Source: Trichosphaerium sp. ATCC 40318 (Eukaryota > Protista > Tubulinea). Taken from it: DNA of 64,000 nt. The first letter of the stretch is position 1, and the number at the start of each line of letters is the position of its first letter. Both the position numbers and the translations under genes were made by a program. Positions 12,248 through 24,313 of the stretch are shown piece after piece. The notes under the pieces were generated by a model, which worked only from the letters and a program-made list of their open reading frames with translations, searched no databases and had not been told where the DNA came from. The stretch covers positions 434,001 through 498,000 of the forward strand of contig JALMLS010000455.1 in NCBI GenBank assembly GCA_038496445.1, read 5' to 3'.

Positions 12248-13340
12248 ATGGCCTTGTCTCTATCAACCGTCTTTGATTCTATTGCTGCCGGTATTAAGGC
12301 CGACCCTTCTCTTGTTAAAAAAGTCGGTGGTTCATACTTGTTTGAGGTTAAGAGCGGTGGTGATACCAAAAAATGGCTCGTTAACCTAAAAACCGCACCT
12401 GGTGGCGTTACTGAAGGTACGTTAATTTGGTATTGCCTAATTTCCCCTTCTGTGTGTACGACTTCTCAAAATGGCTGTAGGTGGTGACAGTGGTGATTGT
12501 AAAATTACCCTGGCTGAAGAAGACTTCATCAGCATGGTCGAAGGTACGAACACGAGAAAAAGCCATCAATAACCGACCATTTAGGTAAACTATCTGGCCA
12601 ACAAGCCTTCATGCAGGGCAAACTTCGTATTGCTGGAAACATGGGTTTAGCAATGAAATTGGAACAGGTGACGTTGTTAACTCTTTTAGAGTGTTTAAAT
12701 TCGCTCATTAACGTGTCACTGTACTAAAATGAGTTGACATTTTTAGTAGGTTTTTAAAGCTGCCAAGAGCGCTGCTACTGCCGCTCCAGCCCCTGCTGCC
12801 GCTCCAGCTGCTGCTGGCGCAATTACAGCTGCTGTTGTGTTTAGAGAGATCAAGAAGAACATCGCAAGCGATCCTTCTATGATCCAGAAAGTTGGTGGTA
12901 CTTATTTGTTCAAACTCGGTGATAAGGTAAGTATAAATATCTGATTATGTAACCTCAGGCTTATTTCTTATAGTCCTGGACTGTTGATCTTAAAAACGCA
13001 CCTGGTTCTGTTTCAGAAGGTACGAATTTCTTTTGGAAAACTCGATTAAAACCCTGAAATCTCGTGACATTTCGACCTTACATAACATTAGGTGGATCAT
13101 CTGCTGATTGTACTATTACCATGGCAGAGCAAGATTTTATTGACTTGATGCTCGGTAAAATGAACGGACAGCAAGCATTTATGCAGGTACGTGGAACAAA
13201 CATTGACATAAATTATTTTTTGATTTTTTTGCTCAAAAATATCTGATGACTTTTTTTTAAAGGGTAAACTTCGCATTTCTGGCAACATGGGATTAGCTAT
13301 GAAACTTCAAGTACTCAGCGCTAAGAAATCAAAATTGTAA
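12248..13340 (+). CDS. Tandem SCP2 sterol-binding domain protein, peroxisomal (PTS1)
   Basis: Two copies of ...F..M..GK.GQQAFMQGKLRI.GNMGLAMKL joined by an Ala/Pro linker. Ends KSKL*. Confidence 0.9.
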
Positions 13341-13550
13341 TGTAGCACTAATGCATAAATACATGACACTTTAGCATATTTTCTTGCAGCTGGAATTCGT
13401 AGCTTAAATAAGTTGACTTTTTTTACCGTCTTGCATTCTTCTTTTAGAACTACTTGTTGCAACTTACTACACAAATACGCTAAATACACGCGTAAAACAT
13501 AGACACTCGCTACAAACGTGATTGTATTGTTGGAGTCATAAAAGAAGACT

Positions 13551-16500
13551 ATGTTCAAGTCACTACGTAGGTCCAAGCCTAAAAGTAGCCGCGTAACTAG
13601 TGGTGGGCCAGCCATAAATAAGATAGACAACGGAACTAGATTACGTTCCACTACCATCGAGGATGAGCCACCTAGGCCAGACCAAGCAGAGCTCAATCGC
13701 CGTTTTGAGCAGTTAATGGTGAGAAGAATTAACGCAATGCACCTATGACAGAAAACAAGTTGTCCTTATACGTGTAGGTATCACTAGATGTAGACAAAAA
13801 GCAAAAGAAGCAAATGCTTGATAACTTTACGCCAGAGCAAATGTGGACCCTAATCATACAAGAGGAGCGTAAACGTACGTATATGAATACACGTTAAACA
13901 CGCTAGCGTGTTTTTTGAACATTTCTTCAACTGCATTTTTACTGCAATTTGATGAGCGCTCACTCATACCCTAATAGAAGCACAACATATTTTGACAGCC
14001 AAGGAGCAAATTGCGAAAGTAACCTTTAATTTGACGGAAGAATCCATGAAGGGTTTACGTCTTAGTTTGACATCAGAAGGCATCAATTGGGTGAATGATT
14101 TTATAGGTAAACGTTTAAAAAAGAGAATTTCCGACTTTCCGCGTGAAATTTTTTTAATTTTGTTCTTTTCTCGTTTTCTGTCTTCTTATGTTAAGTATCT
14201 TTGGTTATTTGCTTACACAGTCATCTAGAACTACAAGGTCCGAAGTTTCTAACTGCCATTCTTGACGGCTTGTCACAGAAAATGTCGTACGTTTTTTTTT
14301 TGGAAGTTTTTTTTAATCAGTTTTTTTGTTTGATGAGTGTTTCCAGTTTAGTTTTGTAGTTTTTTGATTTGTTAGTCTTATTATGTGTTTAGGTTGTCAA
14401 GTAATGCGAAGGTTATATCTCAAGCTCGGTGTCTTGCTACTGAAGTCATTCTGGCATTGAAAGGGCTTATGAAACATAAAGTACTTTTTTTTATTTATTT
14501 TTTTTAATGTTCGTTTAACGGTTCTTTAGGCAGGTTTTGACTCTGTGGCTGGTACAGATACGCTAGCAGGAAGTTTTATAGAAGCTGCTAGACATGTTAG
14601 TGAGCGTACTGTTGTGATTACACTTCAGATTCTGGCTGTCTTAGCCATTTGTGATTTGGATCAATTTCGGTACAATTTTTATCTGTTTTGTTGTTTTGGA
14701 GTCGGTTGTTCGTGTTAGGCCGGGTGTATTCTAATGGTATTTTGTTAGGTCTGTCCTTAATGGATTTAAGACAAGTAGCACATCATTGACAAAGTTTTTA
14801 TCATCTAATAATATGGAAGTAAAAGCAGCTGCTTTAACTCTAGTTAATGCTCTTATTTCTGACTCTACTTTTGATGATCCAGAAAAAGAAGATTTTAAAC
14901 AACAATTATGGGATCAAGGTGTACCTAATCTTATTCTGGTATGTTCTTAAACGAATAAGAGATAGTATGATCGTAGTGTTGATTTTATTTTTTTTCAGAA
15001 CATGCGTGATGGTGCTATGTCAGAAGAGATGCATACACAGTTAGATTTATTCACTTCTGTTCTTGATGATATGACCAGACCAGAAGAGTTTGCTATTGAT
15101 CCTGTTGAGCTTTGTAAGAACCTTAAAGGTGAAGTTCGTAATACACCTGCTGAGCCTATTTTATCCCGTGTACGGTTATCGATATTTCATTTTTTTTTGT
15201 TCTTCAATATATATAACCAATGGACATGATCTCCTTGTGTCTTTATTGTATTGACGATTTCTTTAGATTTTACAACATCTACTACTTGTAAAACGTGGTG
15301 GTGCAACTGGTAGAGCTCATTGGCATTCAATAGATAAATATATTACTACATCTGCTGGTTCTAGAGCTGTAGGCACAGAGGCAGCAAGTGAGTATTTTTT
15401 TTTCTTTTTTTCTTCTGTTTTATTTTTAATCGCCGAAAGAAACTAATCTCGTTTTTTTTAGTTACTGAGGCATTGTGTACATCGCTACTAAAACAATATG
15501 GTATTAAAGGTACATTACATATTTCAGTAACAATGATATTTACACTATAACTAGGAATAGAAATTACTGGTAGTGCAGGAGGTGCTGCAAGTGCCAACGC
15601 TGGAACTGGTAATGAAACACCTGCGCCACCAGCTATAGTCGAAGGTGGTATTGATGGTGAAGCACCTAAAGAGTTGCCAGGTGGCAACTTAGTAGTAGGA
15701 GGACCACCTCGTACGTGACTTGAGTGTTAGAGTTACAGAAAATTTAACCTTATTTTAGCTGGGCCAATTACAGATGCACCTCCACCTCCGCCTCCAATTG
15801 AAGGTGGTGAAGCTCCGCCACCACCCCCTCTTGCTGTAGAAGGTGGGCCACCACCGCCACCTCCTATGGCCGTAGGTGGAGGACCACCACCGCCACCGCC
15901 ACCACCAGGTATAGCTGGTATAGGTGGAGGACCACCACCGCCTCCTGGAATGCGTAAGTATTTATTGATGATTTATGTTCTTGTTTTTTGACTTTATTTC
16001 GTTTTAGCTTCTGCAAGACCAAAGATGCCTCAAAAACCAGTAAAGAAGCCTGCTATTAAAATGAAACGTTTCAATTGGGCTAAGATGAATCATTCAAAGA
16101 TTCAAGGTACTATATGGGAAGGTATAGATGATGAAAAATTGAGTATTAGTACAAAGGTAATAGCAAACAATTTTTGTTTTGCTAAGAGTTCTTTTTTTCT
16201 AGGAAATAGAAGAATTGTTTGGTGCTAAAATCATTCCAAAGAAAGGCCTTAAATCTCCTTCTTCTGCTCCAAAGAAGGCAAAGCAACAAGTTATTACTGT
16301 GTTGGAACCAAAGCGACAGAATGGAATATGTACGTTGTTTGAGAGGATGAGACTTCTTGTGTCCAACTATTTCATACTTACTGGTTTTTTTTAGCGATTA
16401 TGTTGTCTAGATTTTCAGACTTATCTTACAAACAACTTCGTACTGCTATAGTTAATATGGATGATAAGGTTGTACAAGACCCAGAGGATCTAAAGATCCT

Positions 16501-18393
16501 CTCTCAGTTTTGTCCAGAGCAAGATGAGGTACCCTTTTTTTTCCTTCTTCTTTTTTGTTTTTCTTCTCTACTTTTGATGTTGCAGCGAACCTTAGTTAAT
16601 ATGTCTTGTTTTTTTATAGATTGATCTATTGAAGCCTATTGCTTCTGAAAAGAATCTTGGAAAAGCAGAATCTTATTTTTGCACTGTACGTCTTTTGTCT
16701 TCGTTTTTCTGAAATTTTCTTAATTTTACATTTTCTGTTTCTTTTTTTGTTGTTCTGACATACCCTCTGTTCTTTGATTGGTTTTTTCTGTTTTAATGAT
16801 GTTAATAGGTTATGAGTATACCACTCATGTCGCTATGGATAAATGCATGGACAACAATGCGTACATTTGATCAAAAAGTTGAGGAGGTTGAACATGCTGT
16901 TAATACAGTATCAAAGGCTTGTCAGCAACTTAAGACAAGCAAGAAGTTTTCAAAGCTTCTACAGATTGTACTTGCGTATGGTAACTACATTAATGGTAGT
17001 ACAGCACAGGGTGGTGCATGGGGTTTTAAAATGAGTACACTCATAAAGGTGCGTTGACAAGGAGGTTTTCTTTGTAGGATTTTTTTTTTGTTTTTTTTCT
17101 TGTTCTCTTTTTTTCCTTCGTGAGCTCATCATTATGTATAAAATTCTTTATTGTTTTAAAATATACGATAGTACATACAAGTATTATTTGCACAATTTGG
17201 TATTTAGAAGTAGTGACGCTATTTGATTTAAATCAAATTGAACAAGATTTTTTTGTTTCCGTGAAGCTGATTTTTCTCTGCAGATGATGGACTTGAAGTC
17301 CACTAGTAAGATGACATTAATGCACTTTTTGGCAAGAGAGATGCAAGGAAAATATGCAGATATTGCTGGTCTTACAGCAGAATTAGATAAGACACCTTTG
17401 GCTGCAAGAAGTACGTTTTTCTTTTTATCACGATTTATTAACTGTTTTGAAGTGAACGTTGGCTTGATATCTGGTGACCTAGCAAAGATTAGAGGAGGTG
17501 TTACAAAGATTGGAGGGTTATTATCAAACCCTAAATGTCCAACAGGCGCTTGTAAGCAGCGTTTGGAAGTATCCTAAAGCCAAGTTCTTGCAACCAAACT
17601 TTTTTTTCCTCGGTTTGATTATTTTTATCTTAACAACTTCTCTGAAATTCCACGTTCCTGCTGAAACTAAAGCAAAGAGTCTTGTAGAGAAACTAAACAA
17701 ATTACGTGCTAGTTTCTCAGAGACAGTAGTATTCTTTGCTGAGCCAAAGAATACACAATGTGAAGACTTCTTTGGACAGTTGAATAGATTCTTGACGTCT
17801 CTTGAGGTTAGGAATTCTTTCTTTTTCTTTCATTTTGAGTTTTCGTTGTTTGTTTCTTATTGTATGCGTGGTAGAGAGCTCGTATGGATCTAGATCGTTG
17901 GAAGAAACAAGAAGAGCAAGCTAAGAAAGCAGAAGAGCGAAGAGCAGTACGATGATTTTTCTTCAGCATTTTTTTTTTTGTGTTGGTTCTAACTTTTTTT
18001 TTCTTCTGCAGAAAATTGCCAAGCTTGGTAAAGGTAAGTCTCCACGCGTGGATGGTAATACAAGTTCCAGTAATCAAGGCGGTGGTATGCTTGGTATGAT
18101 GATATCAGAATTACAATCAGGTGTCGCCTTTACAGAGTACGTTGAACATCAGATTGTAAAATCCTTTTTTTTTCTTCTTTTTGAACAAAATTTTTTTGGT
18201 TCGCATGTATTCGCCTGGATCACTACAACTTCCCTTTGGGTGGTTTCGAGGGGATTGTAGGTTTTCATTGTTATTCTTTTCTTTTGGCTTTACACTATCT
18301 TTCATAATTCGGCCGTAAACTGCCCTTTTGGGCTCAGAAAATAGCTCATTTTTTAGTTCATCACGTCGCTCTAATCAAGTTCGCGAAAAGTAA
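13551..18393 (+). CDS. Diaphanous-related formin (GBD/FH3-FH1-FH2-DAD)
   Basis: Polyproline FH1. FH2 motifs MKRFNWAK, IWE, LAYGNYINGST..GGAWGFK, KMTLMHFL and FFGQLNRF. DAD-like GGMLGMMISELQSG. Confidence 0.93.
15775..15946 (+). repeat. Coding CCA/CCG/CCT repeats (FH1 polyproline tracts)
   Basis: Five runs of Pro codons separated by GG-containing spacers. Confidence 0.85.
17569..17644 (+). other. Putative U12-type intron with GT-TG termini in formin FH2
   Basis: Donor GTATCCT after RLE. Branch-like TCTTAAC at 17628-17634. No AG within 35 nt downstream. A phase-0 join at CTG|AAA gives RLEKFHVPAE. Confidence 0.6.
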
Positions 18394-19405
18394 AACCCTT
18401 TTTAAGCTTGTATTGATTTTGTTTTAGTAAAAAGAAGAGGCAGATAAGACATCAACAAAGTAAAGCTGTGTTGTTACAATGAAGAAAAGAAAACAATACT
18501 CTTGTGATTTAAAAATATTTGATAAAATTTAATATTAGTAGGTGTTGTTATATGTTTAGGTGGTATAAGATAAGGCTAGTAGTGCACAAAAAAGTAAATA
18601 AAGGCTATTGCCTTTTTGCTTTTAGCAAGTAATAGATGCGTCTACGGGTTGTCTTGGTAGCGTGTGTGCACTGTAGCTTAGTTTGAGTGCGTAGCGTTTG
18701 TATCTTTATGCGTTATTGTAAAGCGAAATTGTGTAAAACTGGATATGTACGCAGTTCTACTACGCGTTAGCAAACAGAGCGAACAACTGTTTTATTTGTT
18801 GTCTACGTATTGTTTTATTAAAACTTGCTTCATTTAGTATAAGGTCGTAGCACTAGTGCTATTGATGTGCTCCTTGCGTTGTGGCCTGGCTTGCCAACCT
18901 TAGACTCTAACTCCGTTATTTCCTGATATGCGTCTTATTACTTATTGTTCTGGTAACGTTGTAGACGTCTTGAGCATATTGGTTGTATTGTTTTACAACC
19001 TTTAGTAAAAAAGCTCACTGTTAGACTTTTTAAACATCGTAACACCTTTCCAACGGTGGTAATATAATACGCGAGCAATAATCTTTTTGTAGAATTGCGA
19101 CTGTAAGCAAGTTTATAGTGCTCAATCGTTATCGCATTACCGTAAAATGCCTTCGGCACGCTGGAAAATACCGGTACGTAACCACCTCTTGCACGCGTAG
19201 ACAAGATTAGTGTTGTTCTGGCAGTTTCACAAACTTCTGCCGTAACGCGTAATTAAATGGCGCAATAGAGAATAACCTTATCGGCTATAGCTGATAGTTT
19301 AATGTGTGATAGTGGGTGTTAGATTTAGGTGTTTTATCGTATTGGAAAGTAAATAACGGACAATTACTTCGTAAGTTCTTTCGAACATAAAAAAAAAGAA
19401 CAAAA

Positions 19406-20149
19406 ATGGGCGAGGCACCTACCCACAAGTTTATACTTTGCATAGCCGGATCATGTAACCCAGTGCATATGTCATATCTTAACGCATTAGAATGGTCAAA
19501 AGAAGCACTTGAGGAGAGATTTGGAGCAGGATGTGTTTTACGAGGTTATATTGCACCAGCAGCTGACGGGCATGTTAGCGGTAAGGTAGGACCGAAAGCT
19601 ATCAAAAGTAAACACAGAATGGCGATGATTTCGGAAATGATTAAAAAACACAGTTGGATAGACCCTTGCTCTAAAACGTTTGGTAGCGCAAACACGTGTT
19701 TGAATTCTTACGCTCGTATTTTACGATCAGAACACGGAGAAGTTACAAAAGTTATTGTGTTGAATAATAACGGTTCAAACGAAAAGAGTGATAAATCAGC
19801 AAATAAACTTGCTGTGAAGAAAAAAAGGAATGAATTTTATTATGTCATAATCGACAAGTCACAGAAGTCTGGCTTCCGACAATACACGCGTAGCACGCGT
19901 AAGCAAAAGAAGAACGATAATACGCTACATATAGACGAAAAGGTGGCTATATCGGCTAAGAAAATAACAAAAAGGCTTCAGCGTATGCATGAAGCATCTA
20001 CAGCAAAAGATAAAGCTCAAGAAATCAATTATATGGTTGTAAATGGATGGCTATCAAAAAGAGTTGGTAAATACTTACTAGAGCATGAAAAAGACTTATA
20101 CATGAACAAACCGCTTGATATTCTTTACAGAGAGCCTACGCGGCAATAA
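19406..20149 (+). CDS. Nicotinamide-nucleotide adenylyltransferase-like (cytidylyltransferase superfamily), single exon
   Basis: AGSCNPVHMSY (GSFNPxHxGH-like), GYIAPAADGHV..K, HRMAM and ISAKKI. Confidence 0.7.
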   Translation: MGEAPTHKFILCIAGSCNPVHMSYLNALEWSKEALEERFGAGCVLRGYIAPAADGHVSGKVGPKAIKSKHRMAMISEMIKKHSWIDPCSKTFGSANTCLNSYARILRSEHGEVTKVIVLNNNGSNEKSDKSANKLAVKKKRNEFYYVIIDKSQKSGFRQYTRSTRKQKKNDNTLHIDEKVAISAKKITKRLQRMHEASTAKDKAQEINYMVVNGWLSKRVGKYLLEHEKDLYMNKPLDILYREPTRQ

Positions 20150-20532
20150 CAATACCTCATAACACAAAAACCAAAAAAATGTAAATACGGTTTTCGCAGT
20201 TTTTTTTCAATTCTCTTAAAATAAATGTGTATAATTTGAATAGCAGCTTTATGTTTATTGTGTGGGTTGACTATAGTATGTGGAATAAAATCCAATGTGT
20301 TGATAGAATATCAGCTTTGGTAGTATTAAGTTACAAGCTATTTTTATTGTCAATTTAAAGCACGGCTAAGTCTTGTACTGCGTACATGCAGTGCCTTTGG
20401 CGCGTCAACCTATGTTTAAGAAGATCGCCACGTATATCTCAGAGGGAGTACGCGACGAATGAACAATTTGGTACAACGGGTTTGCGAAAAACAATTGTAA
20501 GCTATGTGTGCTAATATTAGATAGTTGATAGG

Positions 20533-22088
20533 ATGCCTGAGGGTACTGAAAAGGCTTTGAAGGTACAATGTAAAGAATTTGATCAGTTTGCGTAACAACG
20601 TACCCTAATGGCCTTTTACAGTCGATAAACACTGAATTTTACAAGTAATGTCAACGATTGCGTAAGCTACACTAAAAATTGATAAAAGGACAGCCAACGC
20701 TGCTTTCAACGCGTCCAGAGATCATCCATGGCCTGGATGGAGTAAAATACCTTCGTTAAAAGTAAAACAGCCTAAAGTTCTTGATGTGGCATGCGGTATC
20801 CTGAAAAAGCGACTCGACGCGAGTTCTAAAACATCCTGACAGGTAATGGTCGATTTGGCGCGTTTTTAGCTTCAAACAACAAAAATTCTTTGTTGGACTA
20901 TCATGGCGTTGATAATAATCAGATGTTCCTTGAATCTACAAAAAAAACGTTATCAGGTACATACTCAATACATCTAAAGCCTACCTTTGTTCTAAAAATC
21001 ACGTGATAGCACATGACAACATTGCAAAAGTCACTTTAGAAAATGCCGATGTTCTTGATGAAAAATACGTGTTACCCAGAGGCTCAGAGTACGATTTGGT
21101 TGCATTGAATGCTATATTGCATCATGTACCAGGACTACACAATAGACAGCGTTTACTGTCTACAATGGCCAAAGGCGTTCGCCAAGGTGGTAAGCAAGCA
21201 CAAAATGACAAAGTTGTGTTTTTTTTTTTGAACGCCAGCAAGTCAGAAAATCTTTCTCCTTGTTTATGAAATAGTTAGCCGCGGTTTATTAGTAAGCTTT
21301 TATTGTGATGAACTCAACTTCTTTTTTACAAAGCACTGGGCGTCAGTTGACAACAAAGTCTTATCTTTTTTTTTTCACTCTTGTTGAAGATTAATTTTGT
21401 TTTTTCAGGTACACTAATGTTTAATTGCTGGAGATTCATGGAGTATGACCGCTTCAAGAAAAAGATTGTGAGATAATTATATGGAGATATAAGATAAATT
21501 AACTTCGTTTAGATACCATGGGATGCATCATATAGTGTGGAGGCAAGTTGGCGTTTTTGTAGTTTTTTGTTTGCAATTTTTTTGTTTTGGCTTTTTGTTC
21601 ATCGTGACAATATCCTACATTGGATTCAATGTGAGAGCGAAACAAAACCATTACTGTAACATTGTAAAGACAATTGTTACCCTCCCATAAGTTTCCCAAG
21701 TGACCATTGATCAATTTCATTTAATTTCTTTTTCGAATTACGTATCTTTCATTGAAAGAGACAGTAACGTTTTAGCCGTAGAATTGCCTTTGGCCTTTTC
21801 TTTGATTGTTTGTCTTGTCTTATACGTTGTATTAGAAAAACGATTATCTAGTTAATTGGCTCAGAGGAAAGAATTCTACTCGCTATTGTCACTATGTTGA
21901 CGATAAAGGTATCAGTTTTTTTTTTTTCCCATTTTTTTCATATCAAAACTGAACAAATCTTCGTTTTAATAGAGCATGATATCCTTGTGGATAGCTTAAA
22001 GGATCTTCGGTTTGATGAAATAGATAGATACAGAGCAGATGGGAGTAATAATCAGTTAAATTGCTATAGCATATTGCTAAAGACGTGA
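20533..22088 (+). CDS. Class I SAM-dependent methyltransferase
   Basis: INTEFY...FNASRDHPWPGW, VLDVACGNGRFG, YHGVD, LHHVPG, NDYLVNW, RYCHY and YRADG across 7 exons. Confidence 0.85.
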
Positions 22089-22385
22089 ACCTGTAGCTAT
22101 AAAAAAAAAGTTAGCTTCGAACTAAAGTAGTCTCATTTATTCAATGCTATTGTTATCAAACTCCGTTTTCTCGTTTCAACAAGCCTTTAGAGTATGCCAC
22201 CTACGATTGTGGATAAGACAAAACAACTTTATTTCAATCCAAAAAAAAAGTGTTTTGGGCTCTTTACTCGGTTTGACCTTTCAATTGTGCTCTCAAACCC
22301 ACCTAGTTTTTATATGAGAGCCACAGCGGTATGACAATGAGCATTTGGGTCACTTATATTCTACAAAGTCAACAACTAAAAAGAA

Positions 22386-22467
22386 CGATGGCGACAGGAT
22401 TCGAACCTGCGAACCCAAGGGTACTCGCTTAGCAAGCGAGCTGCTTTAACCAGCTGGCTACACCATC
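22386..22467 (-). tRNA. tRNA-Ser(GCT)
   Basis: GATGGTG/CGCCATC acceptor stem, CTCGC-TTGCTAA-GCGAG anticodon arm, long variable arm, GGTTCGAATCC T-loop, T-run downstream. Confidence 0.93.
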
Positions 22468-23117
22468 TTTGTTGATAGTATACAACAAGTGGCAGCCGAC
22501 CAGCCGCAAAAACAAGAATATAAAATCTCTCGACAGTGCAACAAAAAAAAGAAAATTTTGGGAAAGACACGATTGTTCCGATATCATGTAGGTCTTTTCT
22601 ATCCTTGAGATCAACAATGTGCAGATAGGGTTAGAAACTGAACATCTTTTGTGTTTCAGTGAGGCACTGATATGTTGAAGATGTCAACACAAGTGAAGTT
22701 AAGCAGTAAGTAACTTTTATGTTCATATGTACAATTTTATAAATAAACCATTTGTATAGGTATTGTCTATTATCTTTTTCATCATTGCATTTGTTACCAA
22801 ACAATCTAAACGAGTATATTTCTTTGATTTTAAAATAGAACAAACAGCATAGAACAGCTTTAAAGAAATAACATCATCGCAGCCATCTTCAACAAAAGCG
22901 ACACAACTTTTTTGTTTGTTTACACCATCAACTGCTACAGTAGATACCTATGGAAGAAAAATTAAGAGAAGCTAGTTAAATCTAAGACAGGTACAAGTAG
23001 AGAGTAGAAATTGTAATGAGAAAGTGCGACTGATGGTTCAAGAGAGAAAGATTTGAAAAAAATATTTTTTCGCTCAAGTTTTCTGAGAAAACTAGTGTGC
23101 ATTCATAACCATCTCTA

Positions 23118-24077
23118 TCATTTTTGATGGTTTTTATAAAACTTGATGTAACTTACCAATTTACCTTGTTTCTTTAAGACTAAAACAGCATCTGCAGCTT
23201 CTAAGGAAATTTTGTTAGCTTGTACAATTTTCTCATTTTTTTCTGTTTTTTTCATCCATGAATGAAGTGAATAACCGGGTGCTAATATATCCAATGTTTT
23301 GTTACCAATATCGATATCATTTAAATCAATACTCATCCTAATTCTGTAGAGTATCTTACGGCAGTGCAAAGAACTACACATACATCTCTGGTTGTATCTT
23401 TTTGAATTTTTTTCAAATTCAGCCAAATCAACAGACCAATCGTAATCTATCAATAGCTCATCACCACTCTTAATTTCTTCTGTGGAAAACAGACCAATAT
23501 ATGTACCACCATAATTGACATACTTATCACGCCGAATCACGTGTTGTAGATACTATTTTGGTCCTTAAAACAAAAAGGAAAAAAAATTTGAAAAGAAAAA
23601 AAAACAACTAAAGCGTACACAATTAGGATTGCAGGAGTGGTTCAAAAAATGAGCCATACTACCATACATGCATGGGTTAATACAAACATTAGTGTTATCT
23701 GTAGATAGAGTTCCATAGTGAACAAGATGTTGCTGATCGCTCCAAGGCATCTTAAAACATTCTTCTTGTCTAGATATTGTTCCTGTAAAGTACAGCAGTA
23801 GTGAACCTTTTGGTAGATTCTCAGCGCCATTGTAAGTGACGTGAAAGCCTTTTGAGGTTTTAAAGTTTAGTGTTAGGTATTCTGTGTCTAGAGGTTCTTG
23901 ATGAATATGAATAGGGTTCTTTGTACGTGAGACTATGTTTGTTTTATCGATATTTGCACTACAGCGTAGTTTGGTTGCTGTATCACAGAATAGTTTAATT
24001 ATATCACAAAGGCGTCTTTCATGCGCAATAGCGTATGCTGAGCAGCTAAATGGATCTTCACCTCCTTTTAGCGCCAT
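23118..24077 (-). CDS. SET-domain lysine methyltransferase with post-SET cysteines (5' end may extend to ATG at 24235)
   Basis: KGF, GSMAHFLNHSCNPNC, IKSGDELLIDYDW and CMCSSLHCRK. One GT-AG intron joins the two ORFs. Confidence 0.85.
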
Positions 24078-24313
24078 TTTAATCTTTGGGAGATATCTAC
24101 ATGGGTTCAAAGCGTAGCACTTGACTGTAGTACAGTGTTAGTGAACGTCACAAAAAACAAATAGCGCGAATTTCACTAGAAGCGAAGCTATTTAATTGTA
24201 CCCAGGTATTCTAAGCCTTTCCTACGTGTGTTCATTATCGAAGGATTGAGTCGATACCAGGTGGTGTTAACGGCGCTTAGCGGCAGTTAAGTTCTATTGG
24301 CGTTTTTTCGAAC

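Noticed and set aside
18938-19204. 88-aa minus-strand ORF
   Set aside because: Non-ATG start, no motif and no consistent splice model.
21303-21353. TGATGA...TTGA as an intronic C/D snoRNA
   Set aside because: Too short, imperfect D box and no identifiable guide.
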